Shown here: positions 53,106-64,000 of the stretch, piece after piece
Layout: each line of letters starts with the position of its first letter
Numbering within the stretch: the stretch's first letter is position 1
NCBI GenBank assembly: GCA_964016885.1
Contig: OZ024750.1
Coordinates: 18,662,001-18,726,000, forward strand
Length of the DNA stretch: 64,000 bases
Reading direction: 5' to 3'
Source: Eledone cirrhosa
Lineage: Eukaryota
Translations under genes and position numbers: made by a program
The notes under the pieces: generated by a model
The model's database searches: none
What the model was told of the DNA's origin: nothing
What the model saw: the letters and a program-made list of their open reading frames with translations, nothing else

Positions 53106-55634
53106 GTGAGTGATATTGTTATATTTGGGGAGGGTGATTCATTTCATTTCATTTCATTTTACGTCCACTTTTCCCTGCTTGCAAGGGTGGGACGGGAACT
53201 GATTCTGGCTTGATTTCTACAGCTGGATGCCCTTCCTAACACCAACCTCATTTACAGTGAGTGCTGGGTGTTTTTTTGCCGTGGCACCTCCACGACCACT
53301 TTGCAGTGGAATGATATGGACCTCAGTCCCTATCATCTCATTTCTACAGCTGAGTAAACTGGAGCAATGTGAAATAAAGTGTCTTGCTCAAGGAAACAAC
53401 ACATCACCGGGTCTGAGAATTGAACTCACAACCTTTCAATTGCAAGGCCAATGCTCTAACCACTAAGCCATGTGCCTCCGATGTTAAAAATAATTGTTTC
53501 TACTTTTGGCTCAAGGCCAGCAAATACCCAGTACATTACTGCTACTTTATTTTATCGACCCCGTCAGGATGAAAGGCAAAGTTAACCTCGGCGGGATTTG
53601 AACTCACAATGGCAACGGCTGTAACTCTATGTGTCAAAGCATGGTGTCCGACCCTCTACTGATACTGCCAATCCACCACCCCATCATCATCATCATCATC
53701 ATTTTACGTCCGCTTTTTCCTGCTTGCAAGGGTGGGATGGGTCTTATTCAGCACAGCATCTCTCCACTTGTCCCGGTCCTTCATTGTTAACAATAATAAT
53801 AATGAAATTATTGTATACAGTGCTCAGGTGCACTACAACTCATCAAAGGTGCATGTATAGTACATAGAATAATTGTTTCTACTTTTGGCTCAAGACAAGC
53901 AATTATCCCAGTGCATTACTGGTACTTTATTGTATCGACCCCGTAAGGATGAAAGGCAAAGTTAACCTCAGTGGGATTTGAACTCAAACCTTAAAGGGTT
54001 CAAATCCCGCCGAGGTTAACTTTGTTATATTGTTTCTTCCTTTGGCACAAGGCCAATTTGAACTCAGACCTTAAAGGGCCACAACTCTATGCTGCAAAGC
54101 ATAGCATCTGACACTCTACCGATACTGCCAATCCACTGCCCTTGTTGTTATAATATTGCCAGAAAAATATTTAGTAAAACACACTGTTTGGTTTGGGTTG
54201 GTTTTCACTTCAGTATATTTTATGTTTCTATAATTAATTCAGCTAGCAATCAATGTTTATCATTGATTGACCAACAGTTAATTTACTGCATTATTGTGAT
54301 TATTATTGATTGGCGGTTGATGAGCAGTATCAGTAGAGGGTCGGACGCCATGCTTTGACGCATAGAGTTACGGCCCTTGCTATTCTGAGTTCAAATCCCA
54401 CCAACGTTAACTTTGCCTTTCATCCTTATGGGGTTGATAAAATAAAGTACCAGTAATACACTGGGTAATTGCTGGCCTTGTGCCAAAAGTAGAAACAATT
54501 ATTATGATTATTATTGTGGCTGGTAGATTACAGGAATCGGTAAAACAGTGAACAACATGCTTTGCAGTATACAGTTACATCCCTTCAAGTTCTAAGTTCA
54601 AATCCTGCCGAGGTTAGCTTTGTTTTTATATCCTTAAGGGGTGGATAAAATAAAGTACCAGTAATGCACTGGGATCAATTTAATTGACTTTCACCTCCCC
54701 CAAAAATTGTTGGCCTTGTGCCTAAATTAGAAACCATTATTGTGGACGGGTGGATTGGCAGAATCAATAGAATGTCGGACAACATGCTTTGCAACATATG
54801 GTTACAGCCCTTTATGTTCTGAGTTCAAATCCATGCCAAAGTTAGCTTTGTCTTTCATACTTACAAGAGTCAATAAAATAAAGCACCAGTAATGCACTAG
54901 TGTCAATTTAATCAACTCTCTCCCTTCCTCCAAATTGCTGGCCCTGTGCCTATAGTAGAAATCATTATTATTATTATTATTATGGCTACTTTTGATGATG
55001 CAGAGTAATCCAGGAGTTTGTGTGGAGGTTTTGCCTGGAATTATCCTAGGTGGAACTTTATTGCTACATATTATGATTTTGTTGATTTTACCCCTTCTTA
55101 CTGGACATAAACTTCACTGTGTTTTATTTCATCTTTGTATTGTTTCTCACATCTCAGGCCTTTGTGGTATATAAAAGAAACCATGGCACCATCAGTGGAA
55201 TGTCAGTCAAAATGCTTTGCAGCATTTAGTTACAACTTTGTAACAGTTACACACTGGGGGGGGGGGGGGGTCCATTGTAATTGACTTGCTCCTTACTTGT
55301 TAGCCTTATGCCAATGTTAGAAAGAATTACTATGATGAGGCTAGGAAGGGTAACCAGCTGTAGAAACCAAGCCAAAATCAGTTCTGTAAGAGCAAGACAT
55401 GGTCATTTGACCTGGCATTGCTCACAACAGGATAACTCATCTAACCCATGCCAGTGTGGAAAAAATAGACGTCAAACTGATGATGATGACAATGATGTTG
55501 TTAATGATGATGATTTTTATCTATGTATGTTATGTATTTAATCTGTGATAATGATGATGATGATCGTTGTTATCACCATCATCATCATCAAATGATTGTT
55601 GTCTGTCTCTCATTCCTACATGTTTCTCTTTCAG

Positions 55635-56385
55635 ATTTATTCACTATATGCAGTTCTCCAGTATGTTTGCCAATGTCTTCACGTTGACTGCCATGTCTGT
55701 CAACCGATACCTCGCTATACGTTTCCCCATCTGGACAAGATTACGACGTAACCACAAAGACATAATCTTCATCAGTGTGATCATTTGGATCGTGGCCCTC
55801 TGTCTTGGCATTCCTTCGGCCCTCATCTACACAGCAGTTGAATATAAAGGAAACTTCTACTGCACTGATTATTTCCAAGACAAACGCCATTTAAGACCGA
55901 CATTCTTTCTCCTCAATTTCCTAATAGGTTATGTCATTCCACTGACTACAATACTAATTCTTAGCACACTAACTGTATGTAACATGTGGAACTCAACCAG
56001 CATGGAAGGCATCGATGCTGTTGAATCTGTCCGTAACAAACGTAGAGCTACCACAATTGTGATCTCTTTAGTTTTAGTGTTTGCTTGTATGTGGTTTCCA
56101 TATCATTTATTTTGGATATGGGTAAACTATTTCCATGACAGCTTTGAAGAGTCATACGCATTCTATTATTTTCAAGTGTTTGCCTATTTATTGGCTTTTA
56201 CGAATTCAGCTTTGAATCCACTGGTCTCTGCATTCTGCTCGAAAACTTTTCGGAAGAAATTGTGCATTTGGTCCAAACGTAAGCAAAACCAACTGTTTTT
56301 GTCACACTCACGGTTAACAAACCAATCAATACGGTCACTCCCTCAAAATACACAAGAAATACCAATGGAAAAAATGTCTCTATAA
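55635..56385 (+). CDS. Galanin/allatostatin-A receptor-like GPCR, exon 2 (TM3-TM7, C-tail)
   Basis: Acceptor tttctctttcAG ending 55634; AG+A restores Arg in frame (C-R-FIHY). FTLTAMSVNRYLAIRFP, IWIVALCLGIP, GYVIP, WFPYH, FTNSALNP; stop TAA 56385. Spliced CDS 425+751=1176 nt, 391 aa. Confidence 0.9.
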
Positions 56386-57315
56386 ATTAAACAAACAAAA
56401 TAAATTTGCATGCACCCAGTACACTCTGTCAAATGGTTGGTTTAAAGGAAATGTAGACATCCAGCTGGAGAAACTATACCAAATAAGGATAAATAAGACT
56501 CTTCATACATATGGATATATCAACCTGCCAAGTGCTGATGCCACGATAAAATGTATCCAGTACAATCTGTAAAGGGCATCCAGCAGTAGAAACCATAACA
56601 AATAACTGTTAAGAAGACTCTTCAGGCACATCAAGGACATGATAGTCACTTTAGTGCTTATGCCACAATAAAAGGCTCCAAGTACACCCTGTAAAGTGGT
56701 TGGCATTAGAAACCATACCAAAACTGTGAAGTATGTTAGTAAGGTATGGTATCCTGGCTTGTTTAGAAAGACAGGAGCTCTGATTAAATACTGATGGTGT
56801 CTGTGATGAGAAAATGGATGCTAAGTGATGATAATGATTCTGTTTATATATCTGTATTGCAAGTGTTGTTGGTTACATTACAGATTTCCAATAGACTACT
56901 CACTGGTTCATTGCATTTGTAACACTGACAAGGGAGTGTCTGTAAATCAGTACAGAACAAATATTACAAAGGACTTCATATGAAGAGCACTGGTTTGGGG
57001 ATTTTTCTCATCAATATATACACTTTACCTATGTGTATAAAAAAATATATTGGTATGTACACATGCATACTACATACACACACATTTATTTTATATAGAA
57101 ATGACTTCTACAGGATTAGAACTGTTCCATCCATATAAAAAAATCTTCTTAACCACACATCCATATCTGCTACTATACATGAAACCAATGTAAGCCAAAA
57201 GGACTGGAAAATAACAGAAATACTATTTCTACTTATATAAATGTTTTTACATCTATTTTCTTAGCCTTATGTTACTAATTGTATCAACCTGATCAAGAAT
57301 AATACATAGATTATT

Positions 57316-57356
57316 CTTTGCTGATGAAGTGTAATAACACAGAAACATGTCCAGGG
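57316..57356 (+). ncRNA. Minimal type-I hammerhead ribozyme downstream of GPCR stop
   Basis: cuuug CUGAUGA a GUGU aaua ACAC a GAAA CAUG UC^ caggg; GUC triplet, palindromic ACAUGU stem III, stem I 5 bp with two G-U. Confidence 0.65.
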
Positions 57357-59359
57357 TTGTCACCACACAGCCAAAATCAGACTCACTTCTGTCTGCATTC
57401 TATAATTTAAATTCCAGTCAACTTCCCTTCTCCTCACTAACTTCTCAACTATGATGAATTCAAATAAATAAAAGAAACATTGATTTTAATTATTGAGACA
57501 CACCATCCTTCTATGAATGACAGTAAAGTCAATATTAATAGATTTAATGAAGTGAGCATTAAACATTTTTAATTTAAAATAATTATGTGGTGAGGAAAAC
57601 ACATTAACTCAATTATTTTAATCATTGCAATGAATACAGTAGATAACTGAATGTTTCTGCCTTATTAAACCTCTTCAGCAAACCATAGCTTTCACTGTAG
57701 TTGTTGTTGTAGAGATAGGAGAATCATTAAGTAGATGTACAATATTGTACATGTATAGGCATGAAAAATAACCCTCATATATGTTTCTCTTAAAGCTGTT
57801 CAGGTAAGTAATGACTTCACCATACTTGTTGATGTAGAGTTGGGAGAGCCACTAAGTAGATGTACAATATTGTTTACCATATTTACTGGGGGTAAATCAT
57901 TTTTTAACATCCACTTTCCCTGCTAGCAAGGGTTAGATTGTCAGTAGATGTAGTTGGTACTGAACCCATGGTAGGCTGGGAGTCTACACCCTACCAGGTG
58001 CTCAAACGGGCCAACAGCATGCAATTCTCTTACATATGATCCCGTGCACCTCTGAGTGCATTTCATTGTGAAATGAACACTAGGAAGGTTGTTATGTTTT
58101 TGACACAGCTTAACCCTTTAGCAGTTAAACTGGCCATATCCAGCCAGAATTCTTTTACCTCTTACTGTTCAAACAGGCCACTTATACTGACATTAAGGTA
58201 TTGTTCTCAAAATAAATAATATCAAAATCTTGTAGATTCGATATTATATGAGATATTTATGTAAGATAAAGCCTTTACCACAAAAATACAATAATATACA
58301 TAGACTATTGTAAATGCTAAAGAGTTAAAGAGTCTGTTTAACAAGTTTTCTATGGTCAAATTCCCTTCCTATCATCAACCACTTTACAAAATGTCCTGGG
58401 TTTATTTATCCTGTAAATCACCAACACAAAGGAGATTAGCTGAAAAGTTAACTCTACACTTTGTTTGACAGGTTTTCTATGGTTGAATGCCTTTTCTATC
58501 ACCAACCACTTTACAAGGTATACTGAGTGCATCACCAAACATTAGGGAGGTTGTCAGGCCCTTGGCACAACTAGTCTTCTCGAGCCTTTTTGGCATGGCT
58601 TCCATAGCAGGATGCCCTACATACATGTTGACCTACACTAGTATTTCTCCTATACTTTACCCACTCTATCATTTTGTTCTATACTCAAATGACAACTAGT
58701 ATGTTCAGCTTCCCTGGAACTTCTATGATACTCTGTAACGAAGCAGCATGTGTGTGTGTCTGTGCTGTAAAAGACCCATCTAATCCATGTAAGTATGGAA
58801 AAGCAGATGTAAAAATTATGATGATGATATATACATATATGTATGTATGTGTGTGTGTGTGTATATGTATGTATATATCGTCTAACCCATGCTAGCATGG
58901 AAAAATGGACGTTAAATGGTGATGATGATATGTATATATGTCAGGTCGCTCTTCAGCGCTACTAGCTGGACAAAAAAAAAAACAAAAAAAAACAGGAGAT
59001 TCAATTGATAGCAATTCAGAAGCAAGGGAAATAATTTCAAGAAATTATGAATAAATTCAGATATGAGTTTGCAAACCCATCAAAACAGCCATGAGTATGA
59101 TATTAATTTAAAGTAAAAAAAAAAAATAAAATAAAGAGATGTTGAAGAATGTAAATTTTTATGATTGATGAAAAGAGAAATTGAATACTTACAGAATCAA
59201 ATGAAATTATGCATGCATCAATTACACATTCTTGTATATTATAGATGTGTGTTTATATGAAGTGTGCGTATATAACGTGTTAGCATGTGCATGTATGTAT
59301 GCACAAAAAACACAGACAGGCAACAGATTTTTACATAAATGTTTTCTTGTTTTCAACTT

Positions 59360-59620
59360 TTAACCTTTTTGATACCAATGATACCAACCTGCCTGAAAAT
59401 GCGCCCTGGTTCTATGATTCTAAGCAGTTTATTTTGAAGTGTTTATATATTTATCAAAAACCTTCCATCATAGATTTATGTAAGAACTTTTGTTAGGTTA
59501 TGTTTTAAACAACAATTTAATAAGAAAGTTAACTATATTACTAAATATCTCCAGTTTCTCGATTATTTTGAAAATCATAGGAAGTCTTTTTCATTAAAAT
59601 TATAACAACAAAAGGGTTAA
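59360..59620. mobile_element. Second TTAA-flanked MITE family; related pieces at about 7031-7580, 7790-7985, 9020-9315, 29520-29932, 38880-39245
   Basis: ttaacctttttgatacca ... aacaaaagggttaa ends; shared interior aaaaccttccatcata..ttatgtaagaa..gattattttcaaaa..tttcattaaaaatatggtaa. Confidence 0.55.
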
Positions 59621-62030
59621 ACATAAATTATTCTGGGTTTCCATTCTTATCCAGAAAATAACTAAGGAAATAATTTGGGAAGATTTTAAGGTATATTTTG
59701 CTGGAGAGATTTTTCTTTTAAATTGAACAAACATGTAATTTAATTAATAGGAGAGGAGTCTATTAGATCAGACAAAATAAACAATGCTTTCATTGTTGAT
59801 ACTATGTATTAATCATGACTCCTAGCAAAAGGAGGAAGCAGGCTATGAACTTAAATGCACAGAAACATATCAGATTCTGCAAGGTATTGTCCCCCATCAA
59901 CTAATACTTTATGTCTCAACCCCAAAAATGGTTGAGAGGACTCTTCCATTGTGTCAAGGGCATGACATCGTCTGATGTTGGTGAAATGATAAAACACACC
60001 CAGAACATTCTGTAAAGTGGTTGGTGATAGGAAGGGCATCCAACCATAGAAAATTTATTTGGTCAACAGGACTCTTTAGTTGTGTCAAAGACATGACAAT
60101 CACCCTAGTGCTAGTACCACGATAAAATGCACCCAGTACACTCAGTTCAGTTGAGTGGTGCATTTGAGAGGTCAATGGCTTTGATTAAGTACTGAGTTAG
60201 TCTTTGATGACCCATCCAACCCTTACTAGCAGAGAAAACAAACATTAAATGATGATGAAGACAAAAAGGATAAAAGGTAAAGATGACCATGGCATGGATT
60301 TGAATTTAGAGTACAGTGATCTGGAAGAAATACTGAAGCAGTTAATCCAACACTGTAAAAACAAAACACTACCAATTCCTTATTAAATTGGTTGAAGCAA
60401 GCAGCAATTAAAAGTTACATATATGCAGGCATGGGTGTATAGCTAAGGAATTCACTTTGCAACTATGTGGTTTTAAGAAATATGGTAATGAAATGATAAA
60501 GTTCAATTTCCCTGCTAAAGCAGAGGTAGCAGGACTCTATAAGCTTTTCTAAATGTTGCCATAACCTCTGCATCCCTCCACAACAATCCTCACCGATTTC
60601 ATTTCCTCCTCTATCATATTTAGCCATATCATTCTTGGTCTTCCCTTCTAAATCCTTCCACATTCTGTATGTGTATATATATATATATTCACACACACAC
60701 ACATACATACATACATTTAATCAGGCCACTTTCTATAAAAGATGCTACTATTATTTGAAAATTATAGACAGTGTCTTTCATTAAAAATATGGTAACGAAA
60801 GGGTTAATAAAACAAATAAAAAAAAAAAACATTGTCATCAACATCAAACTACAAAGTCTTATATATTTATTTATATATCTTTTAATATCAGATGGTATTT
60901 TTGGGGTCTTTTTTCTATGAAGCACTGGGATATTATTACTGAACACCAGATGGGGTGTTTTTTTTTAATGAAACTCTGGGACATTATTACTGATTAACCC
61001 CTGTTTATTTAGTTATTTTTTTTTTCTTCATAATCCATATAAAGGAGTGAGGGGGTGGATGAAAGAATTTATATTAAAAAAAAAATAACAAAAAAACAAA
61101 ATAAAGACAATTTAGTTTTAGAAATTTCATCTTTTCAGATGATATGTGTATGTGCGTGTGTCTATATATATGTACACATATATTATATATATATACACAT
61201 ATATTATATATATATATATGTACATATATATACACTTATTGTTATATATATATACATACATATACACATATATATACACACATATATATATATATATATA
61301 CACATATATATAAATATACATATATATACATATATACACATATATATATATATACACATATATATATATATACACATATATATATATATACACATATATA
61401 TATATATACACATATATATATATACATATATACACATATATATATACATATATACACATATATATATACATATATACACATATATATATATATATATACA
61501 TATATACACATATATATATACATATATATATATATACATATATATATACATACATATATATATACATATATATTATACATATATATATATATACATACAT
61601 ATATATATATACATATATATATACATACATATATATATATACATATATATATACATACATATATATATATACATATATATATACATACATATATATATAT
61701 ATATACATATATATATACATACATATATATATATATATACATATATATACATACATATATATATACATATATATATACATACATATATATATATATATAC
61801 ATACATATATATATATACATATATACACATATATATATATATATACATATATACACATATATATACATATATACACATATATATACATATACATATATAC
61901 ACATATATATACATACACATATATATATACATACACATATATATACATACACATATATATACATACACATATATATATACACATATATACATACACATAT
62001 ATATACACACATATATATACATATACATAA

Positions 62031-62073
<43 letters not shown>

Positions 62074-62121
62074 CATATATATATACATACATATATATAT
62101 ACATACATATATATATACATA

Positions 62122-62153
<32 letters not shown>

Positions 62154-62914
62154 CATATATACATACATATATACATACATATATACATACATACATATAT
62201 ACATACATATAATCATACATATATATATATATATACACACATACATATATGTACACATATATATACATACATATATGTGTGTGTGTATAGTGGGCCTCTG
62301 TAAATACCAAGATTTTTACATTGTTGAGTCTTTTGTCTTTTTCAAATTTTATATTTTATTTTTAGGTGGTGACACTTTCCTTTATATCTGTACATTTTCA
62401 CTGGGTATGTAACAGTATACCAGTTTTAGAAATAGGTACACTATATCCCTGCATGTTACAAGAGGTGACTACAAAAGGGGGTTGGTGCCATGAAGGGCAC
62501 GAGGCTAACTCCTGCTTTAGTAGGGAAAATGACCATAAAACAGTTTTATACAATAGGTACAGCATATCCCTGTGTTGTAATAGGAGACTAAAAGGGCTTG
62601 ATGCCAAGAAGGGTATGTGGCTAACCCCTGCTTTAGCAAGAAAAATGGCCATAAAATGCTTATTTTTGTTTTGAATAGGACACCGTGTGCCATAAGAGGC
62701 AAATAAAGGAGTTGGTGCCAGGAAGTGCATCCAGCTGCAATACATTGCCTCAAATAAAGGGACACCCCTGAATGAAACCTGTCATGAGGGAAGGACCCCT
62801 CAAATAATGCTAACTCCTGCTTTGGCAGGGAAAAATGACCTTATGTTTTTTTTTGTATTTGTTATTGTCTATATCAGCAACATTGAAAAGATGTTGAGAA
62901 AAACAAACAACACA

Positions 62915-62954
<40 letters not shown>

Positions 62955-64000
62955 CATGCACACGTGTATTGTACGTGTGTGTTAGTGTGTTTGTGTGCGT
63001 GGTGGTAATTATTTGATGTGGGGGATGGGGACCAATGAAAACTCAATCAAATAGATCTCTTTTAAAAAATAAAAAAAAATAATGTCCTAACACCATTCTT
63101 TGGTGCAACCACAAAAGTCTGGCAGTCTTGTTTGTTTATTATTATAATTGTTGTTTTCACCATTTGTGGCTGGAACTAAAAAAATCTGCTTCTCAAATTT
63201 GAACTCCCTCATCAGGGAATTACCAAAATATTTTCAAAAGTGTTTGTTTTATCAGCTTTACATGTGTGTGAGTGTGTGTGTGTGTTTATATGTATATATA
63301 TATATACATATATGTATTATCATCACCATTTAATGATGATACATACATCTATATATGTGTGTGTATGTACATATTTCAGCTTTTAGTTTCAGTCATTGCT
63401 GTTTTTTATTCGTTGCCTCAGCTGTGGTCACCCCCAAAAAATGTTCTCACTGCATCCCACCATCATTAGTTTAGCATTGTAGAAGCAGTAGTCAACCAAA
63501 TCATCTTTGTTCTGCCTTGTGTTTAGGTGGACGGAACAAACCTTTTGCCTTCTTACCACCTGCCTTCCAATTTCGCCAACTGTTCACACGTTCCTTACGA
63601 CTTTCCTTCAAATAGAAACATACAGGCTAGTCAGTGATTCATGAAAATTAATAAACAAACAAATGATATGTCATTTAATTAAAAAGAAAAAACTGATAAT
63701 TTGATTGGACCAAAGAAACATTGATCTTTCTATTGCTGATATTATCTGTAGGTTGTCAAAAGAAAGGAGTCAATCGTCAGATCAGACCAAAGAAACAATG
63801 TTTCCATCGGTCTTTCTAATGAGGATACTATCTGCTGGTTTCAACTCCTGCCTAAGAAAGGATTCGATCATTAGATCAGACCAAGGAAACAATGTTTCTA
63901 TTGGCCTTTCCATCATTTGTGCCATTTGCCAATCACTTCTGACAGAAAGAAGTGAGATTTGAACCAAAACACACAGAACCAGATCAGATAGTCAGGCATC

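Noticed and set aside
55567-55634. N-terminal part of the 272-aa ORF as a separate gene start
   Set aside because: Intronic; the frame is entered at the acceptor 55634/55635 from exon 1.
61055-62412. Long YIYIH ORFs (up to 422 aa); also 12043-12455, 17814-18451, 19105-20075, 28435-29056
   Set aside because: Dinucleotide microsatellites lack stop codons by construction.
63700-63915. Three spaced gaccaa(a/g)gaaaca repeats
   Set aside because: Degenerate copies of the SINE tail seen at 13125-13210 and 48235-48330, not a repeat-spacer system.

Overview
Eukaryotic, AT-rich, microsatellite-saturated genomic DNA; the repeat landscape (tRNA-derived SINEs with (GAT)n/(ATT)n tails, RTE/CR1/R4-Dong LINE relics, long (TA)n/(CA)n/(CAC)n tracts) resembles a coleoid cephalopod, probably Octopus (inference). 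Two credible host genes, both on +: a TTC19-like TPR protein (large 3' coding exon 4693-5752, 5' exon not firmly located) and a two-exon class A neuropeptide GPCR of the galanin/allatostatin-A receptor type (52681-53105 + 55635-56385, 391 aa) with altered DRY (NRY) and NPxxY (NPLVS) motifs. Almost all other ORFs in the track are microsatellite artefacts or retroelement fragments. The main hidden signal is a dispersed set of about nine minimal type-I hammerhead ribozyme motifs (CUGAnGA-stem II-GAAA-short, often palindromic stem III-UH), read by eye, plus at least eight fold-back 'arm/arm+tail' insertions in (TA)n tracts. Both fit Penelope-like retroelement pseudo-LTRs. One hammerhead lies sense-strand about 930 nt downstream of the GPCR stop. 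SINE-internal modules with an apparently covarying H-type pseudoknot have been amplified into 48-bp and 46-bp tandem arrays. No CRISPR, rRNA or genuine tRNA genes were found.
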